Source of the DNA: Diplonema japonicum
Lineage: Eukaryota; Protista; Euglenozoa: Diplonemea
Direction: 5' to 3'
Assembly: GCA_964019335.1 (NCBI GenBank)
Contig: OZ025671.1
Span: 248,001-312,000, forward strand
Length of the DNA stretch: 64,000 bases
The position numbers and the translations under genes are program-made. The notes under the pieces are model-generated. The model searched no databases, was not told the DNA's origin, and saw only the letters and a list, made by a program, of their open reading frames with translations. Shown here piece by piece: positions 1 to 12,978 of this stretch. The first letter of the stretch is position 1; every line of letters starts with the position of its first letter.

Positions 1-611
1 TTCAAAAACCTCTTCCTGCGTTCCTCGACATCGTAGATCCCCGTGCGGCGTACGTAGGCCGCCCACGCCAGCTGTTCATCGGGGGAAAGTTCGAGACGTT
101 TCTTATCAGTGCTCCATGTTGCTACTAGGTTTTGTTCGATATCTAAGGCAGACGAAACAACTGATAAAGATTCGTCGTCGTGCAGGCCAACTGCACCCAC
201 CACCCTTGAGCGGTGCGCTGTGATCATGTCTAAATGCTCTTCTGAGGATTTCTCCAAGGCCAGCAGTTTCACGTTAGCACTCTCCACCAGGTCCAAGGAG
301 TTTCGTGGAAGCGACATCCCTCGTTTTCTTGTCATTTGTGGTTCTGACGGTTGTCGGCGTAGCAAGCCGCTTGACGCCCTTCGTGACGCGAGGGACTGTA
401 GTGGGGCTGGTGGTGGTGTTACGGGTGCCGTCTTTTTTTTTGTGTCGTTTCTCTTCGTGGCGATCGGTGCTGGTGGCAGTGGGCTTGGCAGTTGTTGCAA
501 TGGTGTGATTTTTCCGAAGGTGTCGTCTTCGTCATTGTCGGCCACCTCCTCTATCGCACACATTCCTTCTTCCCTTGTGAAGGCGAATTTTTCAAACCCA
601 TCTTCTTGCAT
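1..611 (-). CDS. Hypothetical protein, runs off the window start (3' partial); may have an upstream exon around 650-890
   Basis: Stop-free minus frame from ATG at 611 (MQEDGFEKFAFTREEG...) to base 1, with coding-like composition; not in the ORF track because it has no stop inside the window. Confidence 0.6.
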   Translation of the reverse strand, partial: MQEDGFEKFAFTREEGMCAIEEVADNDEDDTFGKITPLQQLPSPLPPAPIATKRNDTKKKTAPVTPPPAPLQSLASRRASSGLLRRQPSEPQMTRKRGMSLPRNSLDLVESANVKLLALEKSSEEHLDMITAHRSRVVGAVGLHDDESLSVVSSALDIEQNLVATWSTDKKRLELSPDEQLAWAAYVRRTGIYDVEERRKRFL

Positions 612-899
612 TTTTTTTTCCCCCCTCTTTTCTTAGAACTTTAACCACCCTGGGGCTACGTTGGCAGAGAAACGGGAAACATTTCCGTACCCGGAGAGCG
701 TCCTGAAGAGATTGGATCTCGCAAGGTGGCCAGGGGTGCCACGACGAGCTCAAAAAAGCAGTGCGAAAGGAAGGGGAATGCACGACCCCCCCGCCGGCTT
801 TGACGAGAGCCGAAACCCAGCCTGGAAAAAAAAGCGATAGCCGCCATGAACGCTGCGGCGATGGGGTCGATCCCGACGAGACTTCGAAGGCTGTTTTCA

Positions 900-3181
900 A
901 AAAAAAAAAAGCTTGGAAATGCGTTTTTTCTTTTGCCAACATAGCCCTGGGGGGGGGGGGGGGGGGGGGACAGCAGACGAATAAATGAATAAAAATGAAT
1001 CAGAAAAAAAAATGGCGCTCCTTCTTGCCACCCCCCCTTCATTCCCCCCCCCCCCCCCCCCCCCTGTTGTTCTCTTTCTTTTTTTTTGTTCCTTCTTTCT
1101 GGTCTGTTTCATGGGGGGGAATAAAAAAAGGGGGGGAATCAGAGTGGATCAAAAAGAAGGCTTTTTTTTTGTTTTTTTTTTCCCTGCTTCTTTTGGTGTG
1201 TGTGTCGGGAGGGAGGAGGGGACAATCGAGGAAAGCAATAAAAAAAGGGGGGAAAGAAAGGGCGTGACCTTTCTTTTTACCTAACATGTGAATCAACAAA
1301 TGCAGGACAAACAATGAGGGTATGGAAGGGGGGGGGCAATAAAAAGAACGGGACAGGCTTCCTGCAGAATAGAACTAAAAAAAGAGGGGGGGAAAGGGAG
1401 GGGACATCGTGACAATGGGTCTTTTCTTTTCTTTATTTCTGTTACCTGCCTTGGCTGTCCGATCCGCATGAGTGAGAGACAGGCCGACCAAAATACTGTT
1501 TCTGCTTTTAAACGAGGCTCGGAGCACTCATCTGGGTTTCCTATTCTTCTTTTTTTGCCCTTTCCCCATTCTTTAATGATTCTAAATCAAAGTATTTTTT
1601 TTTTCTTTTTTCTTTTTTCTTTTCTCTCTCAACTATAACGAATTGCTAAGCACCGAATCTTGTTTTGCCCTGCCAAGCCGGCAAATACTCATGTCCCTCT
1701 TTACATCTGTATAAAGGTCCTGAAGGATCGTTTGGAAAAAGAAAAGAAAAAAAAAAAGAGAAGAAACGAGGGTTTTTTTAATTGTTTTTTTTTTCCTTTT
1801 TTTCCCATGGGGTGGGGGGGCTTTTCTGTGATCGGGTGTTTCCCTTCCAAGCAACACGGGCCGTATTTCAATTTTTTTTTAAAAAAATTAGAAGAAAAAA
1901 AAATCCTAGATCTTTTTTTCTGCCCAATGGGGGGGGGGGGGATTCTTTTTCCCCCTCGTAATTACTTTTTAATTCACACTTTCTTCCCCTTTTTTTTTCT
2001 TCACTGCAACTTGAGAAAAGTTAAGTTGTAAGAACCAAAAAAAAAAAAAAAAAAAAAAAACAAAACAAAAAAAAAAATGGCGCTTCATTTTATTTGTGCG
2101 TGCGCGAGCGGTATTTTACCTAAAAGAGGAACTGGCCGTTGTTTGTACGTGCCATAAAAAAATAGCTCATTACGCTGCTATCAAACTAGTTTTTTTTTTT
2201 TTTTTTAGTCTCGACAATAATATATATAAAAAAAATATATAAAAAAAAAAAATCTTGGGTGCAAAGCCCGGTCATCTCTTAATCATATTGCGCAAAAAGA
2301 AGGCATCATTAAGTAAACATATTACATAAGCATTTTGGTTACAAATTTTTACCTAACAAAGAGACTGTTTTGGAATGCATGGCATTTTCCAAGCTTGTAT
2401 ATCACCTCCAAAAGTGTCACTGGTATAACGACAGGGAGTATGTAAAGTACGCTAAAATCTAAGTACGGTCCCACGATCCTCGTCTTTTTCTTGTTCCTTC
2501 TTTTCTGGGGCCACAGGATGCACTTTGCACCAGCTGTCCTCCAGCTCCAGCGTAGAGGCTATGGAGGATATAAAGAAGAAAAAAATGAAGAGGGAAAAAA
2601 AAAAAAAAAATTAAAAAAAAAAGAGGGAACGCCACACTCTTTAACTGATGAACTACAAAAGAAAAAAAAAAATGAAAAAACCCATGGGTCAAAACTACTG
2701 AACTCATTTCTCCATAAAAATTTGATTTTGTGTTTTCTTTTCTTTTTTTTTTTTTTTTTTTTTTAAACTACCCCCTTTAATTTCTTCTTTTTGAAAAATT
2801 CTTCAAGTATTTTTTTTTTTTTTTTCTTTCGCCCAAGTCCCAGAAGGAGGGGATCAAAAAAAAAAAACTTTTAAACAAAAACGTGTCTTCTCTTTATTTC
2901 TTCCCTTCTCAATAAAAAAAAAAAAAAGAGAGAACAAAACATGAATGGGGTAATGAGGTGATGAACTCAAGAAAAGTCAAAAGAGCACTACGCAGTTCAT
3001 CTATGATAAAACCGTTTTTTTTTTTTTTTTTTTTTTTTTTCTTAGCAAAAAGATGAAACCGGGCTACCGTCTGCTTCGTCTGCATGGACAGGCTGAAGAC
3101 TTATTTTTTGCATCAGAAAAATACATGTCTCTCCTTTTGTAATGAGTAACTGGGAAAGGAGATATGACGGGTCACACAAGT

Positions 3182-3216
<35 letters not shown>

Positions 3217-4223
3217 GATGTTTAAGGGCAAATCCCACTCGAGGACCACCCTAAAAAAAAGAGTCATAAACACGAACACAGTTTTTTTTTTTTTTATTTT
3301 TTTTTTTTTTTTTTTTTTTTTTGGCATTGTTATTTATTTTTAAAGATTTTTTTTTGGATTTTTTTTTTTTTTTTTTTTTTTTCCATAGCAAATACAGCAT
3401 AGTCTTACCGAAACCATGACGTTGTTATTGAGAGAAAATCCCGTATCAACGGGTATGTCGCAAAAATATAATATTTTATTATACCAAACAGTTTTTGGGT
3501 GGCTTGTCTTGGATGCTGATTCCGTCCATGTGAAAGGGAGACGGCAAGACTTACTACAGTTTATTTAGTTCCCTCATAGCTCACCATCCGCTGGGTTTGG
3601 GGGGCCTGTGCGTGCTCAGGCCAATTTTGACCTAATTAAAACCAGATTTTTTTTTTTCTTCTTTTTTTTTTTTGGTACCGGTATAAGGTGTACGCTATGT
3701 TTTTTTTTTTTTTTTTTTTTTTTGCTTTTTTTTTTTTTCTTCTTTTTTTTTTCTTTGAAAAAAAAATAGGAAAAATAAGAAAGAACAAACGGAAGGTAGT
3801 GCAAAAAAAAGGGGGGGGGGGAGGGACCCTCAAAAAAAAAAAATTGAAAAAGGATTAAAAAAAGGATTGACCTTATGCAAAAAATACAGCCTGATTTCAT
3901 GTGAGATCAGACTATAATTATTTACTTAATTCAACAATTATTTTACTCTTTTTCTGGCCCTGTAGTCAAAAAAAAAGGGGGGTTGCGTCCAACGCTAGTT
4001 GTGTCGTGGCTCTGAAGACAGTGCTTCCGGCCGATGGGTGTTTCAAAGGCATGTGAGTGGAGCGATATCCTTTTCTTTTTGAATGAGGACCAGGGGGAAA
4101 CAAAAAAAAAAAATAAAATTTTTAAAAACAACTTCGTCTCAACATCTTCTTTGTTCTCACTTTTTTTTTTTTTTTTTCTTCAACTTACGTATATTGTACA
4201 GGAAATAAATAAAAAAAAAAGGG

Positions 4224-4254
<31 letters not shown>

Positions 4255-6290
4255 GATGTGTGTGTGTTTTCTTTTTCTTCTTCTTTTGTTTCTCTTTCTT
4301 TTTTATTTCTCTTTTTTCTTTTTTTTTTTTTTTCTCTTCTTCCTTGGCTAAAGGAGTAGAGGGGGTAATAAAATAAATTTCACCTTTCTCCAGCATCATT
4401 GCATGCCCAATGGTCAAGACGCCAAATTTTAGAAAGTTCGTTTACTTCTGTGCAAAGAACTTTGTAAAAAGCGGTCTGTCCCATTATTGAGCTCGAAAAT
4501 AGAAGGGGTTTCAAGGGAGAAAAAAAGAAACTGTAGAAAATATGGGGAGAGGGGAGATGTGTTTTCTTCTTTTTTTTTTTCTTCTTCTTTCTTCCTTATG
4601 CTTGCTTTAACTTGTTTCATAGCAATCGGGACTAGGGGGGGGGGGGGGGGAGGGGGTAGAGTTTAGGTCCTATTTATCTCCCCCCCTACTCGTAACATTT
4701 AATAAGCAAACTAAAAAAAGCTAATTCCAGCGAATTTGTGTTGTGCACAGTAGCGCTTTATTAGCCTTTTTAATGAATTTTGGCAAAGTGGTATTTCTTT
4801 TTGTTCTCTCTTTTTTTTTCTTCTTTTTCTTCTGTAAAAAATGAAGAATAAAAATTCTTTATACTGGCTTGCTTTTTTTTTTCTTCCATTGACAATTAAC
4901 AAGTGTTTTTCTGTTTTCATCATAAAATAAAAAAATCGTCCTACCACGCTTGCTAAATGAATAGTTTCCTTTTAGTACTGAAACAACGGGGATGATCAAA
5001 AAAAAAATGTGGGAGGGCGTTTCTTTTTTTTTTTTTTTTTTTCCAACAAAAAAAAAAAATACCTCGCACTTCCATTCAACACTTTGGAAGAAAGAAAAAA
5101 AAAAAAGAAGAAGAAAAAGAGGAAAGAAAAAAAGAAACAGCGTTTCACGAAAACAAAAATTCAGACTTTTTAAAAACCAAAAAAAAAAAAGAAAAGAAAA
5201 AAAAAAGGGGGTATGCCACAGTCCCGCACAGGTGCAAGCTTTGTTGTTATTGATCGTTATATAAATATTCTATCGGCTCACGTGACCCCAGCTCGCACTC
5301 TGGGGAGGAGTCGCCACCATCTGGACCAGTTATGTCCTGCTGCCCCAACTAGAGGAAAAAAAAAAAGAAAAAAAAACCTGGACTTCTCGCACGCAAGGTG
5401 AAAAGGGAGAATATTGGACAAGAGAGAAAATATAATAAAAAAAAAATGGAGGGCGGGGAGAGAGAAAAAAAAAAAAAAAAAAAAAACAAGAAAAAAAAAA
5501 AAAAAAAAAAAAAAAAACACTGAATCATGGTTGAGACAATTTTCCCCAAAGCCGTAAGTTAAACCCTAAACTGTTTGTTTTTCTTTTTGCTTGTTTTTAA
5601 AAAGATTTAAAATACGGTAATAGGGAAGAGCATTCTTCCAGGAAAGGGGGGGATCTTTCCAAAGAAAAAAAACTTTTAAAACAAAAGAAAAAAAAAAGGA
5701 GAGAGGCATCAGAATAAAGTACCCCCACCCCATGAAATTGTTGCAGCTTTTCTTTTTTTCCTTTTTTCTCGAAAGAAAAAAAAAAACTCTGATTGCAAGT
5801 ATCAGAAACAATACCTTTTTTTTTTTGTTTTTTTTTTTTTTGTTTTTTCCCGTTGCAATTTCTTTTAGCCAGTGTTGTCACCCATTCCTGTTCCCTGCCA
5901 TATGGAGGGAGAGGACATATAAAGTTTTCAAAAATAAAAAATTCTTTTTTTTTATCTTTTCGTTATTGTTTTGTATACGGTATGGGGGGGGGGGGGGGGG
6001 GTGGTGGTGGTGAGAGGTGGCGGTTCTATTCCTTCTTTTTTTTTCTCTGCTTTCCCCCCCGTTTTTTTTTTTTTTTTTTTCCCATCTTTTCTTTTTTTTT
6101 TTTTTTGAAAAAAAAAGTATAAAAATACAGGCATGAGTGGGAGCATCAGGGAGGGAGGAAAATAAAAAAAAAAATAAAAAAAAAAATAAAAAATAGAAAG
6201 GGCAGGAAGGGCGTAATAAGGGGGGGGGAAAAAAAACACACACTTTTTTTTCTTTTTTTTTTTTTTTTGTTCAAGCTTCAAGTTCTCTTC
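900..6290. repeat. Gene-free, low-complexity region rich in poly(A), poly(T), poly(G) and poly(C) runs
   Basis: Dozens of 10-30 nt homopolymers; ORFs here are only poly-K/F/G/P artefacts. Confidence 0.8.
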
Positions 6291-6291
6291 T

Positions 6292-6700
6292 CTATGTAAT
6301 TTTAGATCTTGGGAGGGTATTTGCCTCCAAATCCAGGCTATCTCCGGGCTGGCCTGCGGCAGGCTGGCAATTATTCATCCAAATTCTGCACTTAAATTCC
6401 CTGAAGGAATCGTGCAACAATTGTCTGAAATCAGGCTTGTTGACAGCGCTAGAGTAGTGAATCGTCAGCTTCAGCCTATCAAGCTGAAATTCAGTACGAT
6501 GGATAGTGACAGGGGCCTTAAGCTTTTTAGCTTTGTCCACAACAAACATGCAAGCGCGCTTCTCCTCTTCCACTCTGTCGTTCTCCCACAGCCTGAGTTC
6601 ATCAAGATTGGCAGGGCGCACTACTCTGTATTGGGGAATTCTTGATTCGTCTGCGTTCCTACGAGCAACAGAAACAAGCCCCAGGTCGACACCCTGGGTG

Positions 6701-6733
<33 letters not shown>

Positions 6734-6826
6734 ATTACCTTAGCTGCCTCCACTAGCCAGTACTCACCCTGGACCTGCTGCACTTCTTCCATTGTCATTT
6801 TGGTTGCAAACTCAGCTTTTCTCCCG

Positions 6827-6866
<40 letters not shown>

Positions 6867-9658
6867 CCCATAGTATCCAGGGTTAACCGATCACTCGCGG
6901 GTTTTTAATTACAATCGGGTTTTAAATTGACGTCAAATGAAAGGCGAGCATGCAACCATGCTTAAAACCCTTATATTCGTATCCCGGGCCCCCAGATACA
7001 CAAAGCCGACCCCAGGGAGCATCGAAACGACTTAGAAAAGGATTATTTTCCCGAAAAGCTGTTTTTTCGCTTTTTTTGGCGGGTTCTTAATTAAAAGCGA
7101 AACAAAAAAAACACGGACACACGGAAGCGTGCCCGTTGAGGCAGGATGTTCACCCACAGAGAACTGAATGCACGCACACAGCGATGAACGCCCAATTTCT
7201 TACCTCCCTGCTTGCAACCCGGCGTGCCTGAGAACGTGGTGCCTGCCAGACGAAGACAGAGCACCGCTGATGTCCTGGTTCAGGTACAAGAACAACAGCT
7301 GCCTTCGTACGTCTGGTGTGAGGTGGACGCGACGCATCTCTCCGAACTTGGCGTCGATCGAGGAGAACACCGCGTTACTACAGGCTGCGTGTGCAGCAGC
7401 GACAAGGCCCTGTCATGCAAAACAGGGAGAGCAGCTTTCTGAGCCAGCCACCACGCTTCGATATCGAATGAGGTCGTCTCAAGGCTGTATTTGGGCTATG
7501 GCCGAGTAGGACAGCCATTCCCCCTCTCACACGTCTGCAGAGGTAGGCTGTCGCGTACCGTTGCGAAGCCGCGCTAGGAAAACCAGTTGGCAGCGTCATG
7601 AGCTATTTTTATTAGGTAAAATTCCGCTCGTGCGCATATAATAACAAGTCTGAAAACCAGTTTTTTCAAAAAAAAAAAAAAAAATTGAGCATGGTTTTGG
7701 TATTTTTTGCCAGAAATGGGTTTTGGATCGATCAAACCGACCCGAAATTAGAAAAAAACCGATCAAACCAATCATAAATCCTGTTGTTTTTAACTTGGAC
7801 CTCCCTGACCCGGGGGAATTACATGTCTGAAAACCAGTTTAAAACTGCATTTAAAGCCTTAAATAAGGCTCTATTTTGGGTTTTAATGGCTGGAATGGGC
7901 TCAGATCGTCAAAATAGGGTTTTTGAAAAAAAAAAATTTGAGCACGGTCTTGGTATTTTTTGCCGATCAAACCGATCAAACCGATCCGAAATTAAAAAAA
8001 AAAACCATCAAACCGATCCAAAATTAAAAAAAAACCGATCCGAAATTACAAAAAACCGATCAAACCGATCCGAAATAACAAAAAAAAAACCCATCATTAA
8101 CCCGACTGTGATCGAAAATCCAAAATTGCTCGGGTCGGGTTTCAAAAAAACCCGAAGGTGATCTGTTAACCCTGGATACTATGTTTTTTGCTATTTTTGT
8201 GCAATACCTTAAACAAAATCGTGACTGCCGTGGGCAGCTCAGCCGCAGGCGGTTGGTCGGTCAGCTGTGGGGGAAGAGGTGGCGCAGGGGGCACCCTCAG
8301 CGGGGCATTAGCACCCTCATTGTTCTGAGGTGAGTCGACCTTAGGTTGGTATAATAACTTCTGCTGCCTTTTGCCGTTTGACTGTTATTTGTTTTTTTCT
8401 TTCTTTCTTCTTCTTTCTTTCTTCCCCCATACGGAAAAGGTCAGCTTGACGATTCTCAGCCCTGCCGTGCGGATGACAAAATCTTTAGTCTGTTTTTTTT
8501 TTTTCTTTTCTTTTTTTTTTTCTCTTTCTTTTTTTCTTTTTAAATCCAGCAACGCACCGTAGTGACGGGTATGTCGTTGACGTGTGTCAGCGTTTTCCCG
8601 AAGGCCCTCTCGATCCCATTGGCGCACCCTGGGGTGCCTTGCTTGACACCGGCCAACTGCAGGTATTTCCCGGCCCACTTGAACCCGAGCTTGTCGTTGG
8701 GGTCCTTGTGCACCTGTTTTTACGTTCTTCTTTGTTTTTCTTCAAATACCATAATCATGAGATCTCCCGTAGCGTCGTCATGAGTGGGCGACAGACAAGG
8801 AGATGCGTTCTGCGGGGGTAGGAACGGCGGCTGGGAGAATGAAGCGTTGTTTGAAAAGGAGTTGTACGGGGACGAGTCGCGAGAAGAGGGAATAACCAGC
8901 GGCGGGGCACCGTGGCGGAAAGGGACGTCGGAGTTGAAGGTGTTGTCAAGGGAAGGTGGGATATCGGTGCCCTCTGCCAGCGCACGAGCACGGGCTTGGA
9001 ACTCAAGCAAACGTGGGTCAGGGCCTTCCGTGGCCATCCCAAACACCTCCTGCGGCGCTCCCGCCGGCGGAGGGGGGCTTCCACTATACACCCCGGACGG
9101 GCTCTGCCGACCATCGCTAAACGTCCCCAACACAGGCATCATGTCACTGCTGAAGGTAGCAGTGGCAGCTGTAATATGCGCTGGATTAATAGGGGGAGAC
9201 AGTCCCTCCGCAGCGCTCCCAAAGGTGCTGTTCGGTGCTTCACCAGGCTTGTCACCATATGGGTTGTGCCGGTAGCCAGGGGACGCAGAACGAGAAGGCG
9301 ATGTGGCCTGGTCAGGGGCAGGGGCGGAGAAGGTCCCAAGCAAGGGCATGTCCGAAGCAAAGGTACCGTTTGGCGATATGGCACCTTCCCCGACCCGGCC
9401 GTTGTGGGGAGAGGAGATCGCGTGCTGGAGGTAGCCATACGACGTGGTCACACCTTCGTTCATGGATGCAGTGGGGCTGTCGAAGGGTGTGCCGGGGCCG
9501 CCCCCAACCTTCTCTGCCTCCGCCTTCCTAAACGCCAACAGCCGCGGATCAACATCACACGACACGGATTCATCACCACTAGGGAACGGCTCCGCACTTC
9601 CACCACCACCTCCCCCTGCTGCTACCTTCTCATACGGGTTGTGCCGGTACCCCGACAT
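6292..9658 (-). CDS. PSP1 C-terminal domain protein with a Pro/Ser-rich N-terminus and a PDZ-like segment; 6 exons (introns 8714-8749, 8490-8557, 8382-8432, 6829-8207, 6694-6738)
   Basis: Removing the GT-AG introns gives TILFK|YGRKAEF...EYWLVEAAK|GVDLGLV...EFQLDRLKLTIHYSS..KPDFRQLLHDSFREFKCRIWM, the PSP1 signature known from kinetoplastid cycling-sequence-binding proteins. Confidence 0.85.
6869..8183 (-). mobile_element. Non-autonomous hAT-superfamily DNA transposon (internal deletion derivative) in intron 4 of the PSP1 gene
   Basis: TIRs CATAGTATCCAGGGTTAAC(C/A)GATCAC at both ends; imperfect 8-bp TSD TTTTTTCC/TTTTTTGC; subterminal AACCGATC/CCGAAATT repeats at about 7725-8140; frameshifted relic FDIEAWWLAQKAALPVLHDRALSLL / VFSSIDAKFGEMRRVHLTPDVRRQLLFLYLN matching the hAT C-terminal dimerisation domain. 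Confidence 0.85.
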
Positions 9659-10038
9659 TTGTTTTCTTCAACAATTTCTTTTGGAGTGGGAAGTGTGCTG
9701 GGGGTGTGTGGGTGGGGGGGGTTCCCTGTTTTTGTTGTTCTTCTTTCTCTCTTTTCGGTCGAAACAAAGATATACACATCAAAACTCCCCCCCTCTTCTT
9801 CTCGACCCCGGCGTCCGGGAGGAGAAAAAAGGATCAAACAAAAACAAAAAGTAAAAAGGCGCAAAGTGAGAACAAACAGGAAAACAACTGTTCCCCCTCA
9901 CTTCTCGTAAGGAACACATGGCAAAGGGGAGATGAAGGGCGGCACCCACGCTCTACTAATTGACAAAATATAAGAAAAAAAGAAAATACAAAGCATCGAA
10001 TTAAGTGACGTGTAAGTACCACCCCCGGTAAATAAAAA

Positions 10039-10077
10039 AATTCACTATGATAGGAACGAAGTGGTTAGCAACGGCCC
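10039..10077. repeat. Dispersed ~40-nt motif AATTCACTATGATAGGAACGAAGTGGTTAGCAACGGCCC; further copies at 25241-25280 and 25351-25379
   Basis: Three near-identical copies seen directly, each at or just downstream of a minus-strand stop codon. Confidence 0.75.
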
Positions 10078-10146
10078 GCAAAAAAAAGAAGGGGCCTTAC
10101 GGAACCCTCTTCTTTTTCTCTGTTCTTTTCCAGATTTCATTTGGTG

Positions 10147-11463
10147 CTATAAAAGCTCAGTGTAACCGTACAATCCAGGCGCTAGACGACAGCTGTAGAT
10201 ATGATCGTGAGCATCACAGTTCCTCCAAGACGGGTCAGCGGCCTCACGAACAGGCCAGAACCCGACACGATGAGCCTGTACAAGGTATGACACAATGGAA
10301 AGTCCTATGAGGAGTAACCCTGCTTCTAAGATAGGGACCCCGCTGGGACCAAACAAGGAAGGGATACACCACAACGTGAACAACAAGCAGACAATAGCCA
10401 AGAGGGGTGTGAATGGAGAGAACAGCACGATGAACGGCCGCAGCACATCCGGCTTCGATTCCCTAAGAACCAACACCCCACAAACCACAGGAACATACTG
10501 CGTGGTAATCGTCAACATCACAGACAGATCCACCATCATGCTAGGAGACATGTTAAAAACAGCAATGAGAAGCACTGTAGATGCAGCAATATGATGAGGA
10601 GCTAAAGGGTGGCTTGTGTAGCCTTCAAGGTAGTGATTAGTAGCGGATGTATAAGAGGATGTTAGAATGCGTGTCGCGATGACGAAGATACAAGAAGAAA
10701 AGAGGACGGAGACAGGGTACCACCTGTCTGGTGGGGCAGTCTGAGAAAAAAAGATCGCGAGCATTTTTACAACAAGCAACGCCGCCAGCGCGACGCTTCC
10801 AGTTGCGAAGGATAAAGGGAGCTTCCTTTCGGGTTCGTGAAGGTTCTCACCCCATCGCCCTGCTTCGTCGACTTTTTTCATATCGTACAACCCGTACCTT
10901 GCGGCAGAGAAAACTGCGTGAAGTGTCGGGAGGGAACCACTGTTCTCCCACTCCCATGACGTACTGCGTCCTATCAAGAGTGCGTAAATTGTGATGATAA
11001 TGACGATGATCTCCGGCAGCAATGTTTCCCTCATTTGGGTCAACAAGAACATCCCTCCGAACAAAACCGCAATTTCTGGCCGTGCATAGTTACCCGCGAG
11101 GACTACTAGCGCAGCTGCATCTAGTTGTGCTACCATTGCGGTGTTTACGACGCAGCTTACATACGCCAAGAGTCGGCCTAAGGTGTTGCTGTTGAAGGCT
11201 TCTCTGATGTATATGTATGATGGCTCGTCTTGTGTTCTTGGCATGAGTCCTGCGAGTTCTGCTTTGCAGAAAGATAAGAGAACTCCAAGGAGGACGCCTA
11301 AACAGTACCCTGGGAGTGCCCAGGAACCCCCTGCTTTTATGACCATTTGGAATGTGAGCAACGGGCCGACTGCAATTCCGCTTACGAGCATCACCGTCAC
11401 CACTCGCCACATTCCGCTTACCAATTCTCCATTGTCGGGGCGTGTGTGCATTGCATATGGCAC
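10147..11463 (-). CDS. APC-superfamily amino-acid permease (divergent)
   Basis: Many hydrophobic segments; FCKAELAGLMP..SYIYIREAF and C-terminal LRESKPDVLRPFIVLFSPFTPLLAI motifs typical of CAT-type permeases. Confidence 0.75.
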   Translation of the reverse strand: MPYAMHTRPDNGELVSGMWRVVTVMLVSGIAVGPLLTFQMVIKAGGSWALPGYCLGVLLGVLLSFCKAELAGLMPRTQDEPSYIYIREAFNSNTLGRLLAYVSCVVNTAMVAQLDAAALVVLAGNYARPEIAVLFGGMFLLTQMRETLLPEIIVIIITIYALLIGRSTSWEWENSGSLPTLHAVFSAARYGLYDMKKVDEAGRWGENLHEPERKLPLSFATGSVALAALLVVKMLAIFFSQTAPPDRWYPVSVLFSSCIFVIATRILTSSYTSATNHYLEGYTSHPLAPHHIAASTVLLIAVFNMSPSMMVDLSVMLTITTQYVPVVCGVLVLRESKPDVLRPFIVLFSPFTPLLAIVCLLFTLWCIPSLFGPSGVPILEAGLLLIGLSIVSYLVQAHRVGFWPVREAADPSWRNCDAHDHIYSCRLAPGLYGYTELL

Positions 11464-12104
11464 TGGGCTGGGAAGGTAATATCATGTTACGGGATAAGGG
11501 GGGGGGGGGGGGGGGGAAGAATGGAAAGAGAGGACTTTTAGTATTAGAATCAACTAATTTTTGTCCCGCTAAAAAAAAAAAAAAAGAAAAGAAAAAGAAA
11601 GAAACGAATTTTGTCTCGTCTATACAAATAACAGAATAGAAGAAGAATAAACCCCCTTGGAATTCACCCCCCCCCTCTTTTTTTTAAAAATAGTAGTTCT
11701 TTCTCGAACTGAGTAAACAGCTCTCGATAGATGCGGAGTGAGGGGGGCAAAGAGAAAAGAAAAGATTCTCCAAGATGTGTATTACTTCTTGTCAGTACTT
11801 ACACAACAGGAGTTTCTGTCCCCCTCCTTCATTCTTCCTTTAAGGGAGTTGGACTATAATAACACACGAACGATATGAAAAGAAAAAGAAAAAAGAGAGA
11901 AGGGGGACTCGTTCAGCTGAAGGAAGAGCACACCACAAAAAGGAGAGAAAGTGGAGAAGTGTTTTACAACAATCCACCACCAGGAAAAAAAAAATCATAG
12001 AAAAAGGGAAGGGTTTCCACAAAAAAAAAAAGTGAGAACCATCGGAGACCCCATTTTTTCTTTTTTTTTTAAAACTTTAGTAAGAAATCTATTTAGTCAA
12101 CTTT

Positions 12105-12698
12105 TTACTTTGCTAAAGGTACCTCTTCGTCGGGGTCCAATGAAGGCGGGACAGGTGGAAGAACCCGCGAGAATCGGCGGGGGCGAGAGGGAGGCGGGGG
12201 TCCAAGGAAGGAGCCACGGCCAGAATACGAAGAACGGTCGTCGGGGCGCTTGGGGATAATTACCGCAAGATCATTGATGTTCACATATCTGGTCTGGTTG
12301 GAGTGCACAGACCCTGTGATGGACGCTGTGTCGTCGTCGTCCTTCACTATGATGGGGACCAGTCCATGCTCGGACTCTAGGTTTTTCGTCCGCAGCGTGT
12401 CAATAACGGCTCCTGTGAGCTTGTCCAACCGTGTCACCTTTGCAACCTCGTTGAGCCCTGTCAGCTGGACTACATCACTAGACACGTTCTTCATTTCAGA
12501 TAGCACAGTGTTCGTCGCTTCTGTCAAGTTGCTCAACCGCTGTTCCTTGTGCCACCTCATCATCTGAAAACACCCGAACGCTACGCACAGAGCAGCCGCC
12601 ATGATGCCCAGCCACACGCTGTGGTGGTACTCCCATCCCTGCACGGAGGTGTTTGACCCCGACCCCGACCCTGCCTCTTGGGGTACAACTGAGGTCAT
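12105..12698 (-). CDS. Hypothetical single-pass membrane protein
   Basis: 197-aa ORF with one hydrophobic segment (VWLGIMAAALCVAFGCF). Confidence 0.65.
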   Translation of the reverse strand: MTSVVPQEAGSGSGSNTSVQGWEYHHSVWLGIMAAALCVAFGCFQMMRWHKEQRLSNLTEATNTVLSEMKNVSSDVVQLTGLNEVAKVTRLDKLTGAVIDTLRTKNLESEHGLVPIIVKDDDDTASITGSVHSNQTRYVNINDLAVIIPKRPDDRSSYSGRGSFLGPPPPSRPRRFSRVLPPVPPSLDPDEEVPLAK

Positions 12699-12978
12699 CC
12701 CACCTATACAATGTGAGTGCTTCTTTGGTAGTGCAGAAAGTAAAGCTTTTTTCTCTTTCTTTTTTTAATTTCACCACAAAAAATGAAATTTACTATGATG
12801 GTGACGCAGACACTATCGGCACCGTTCTGCAGTTGCCTGTCTGGTGGTGTTGGTGGCTGCTTGTCGCGAGGGGGTGGACGATGGCATTACTACACATAGA
12901 CTGGTATAGTGCCAGGCAGGGAGGCGTTTTGGCTGGAGGAGAATAGTTCTCATATCATGCCTATAACATATATCTGCT

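Noticed and set aside
7725-8140. CRISPR-like or iteron array
   Set aside because: Irregular short repeats without unique spacers, lying inside hAT TIRs; they are subterminal repeats in a eukaryotic genome.
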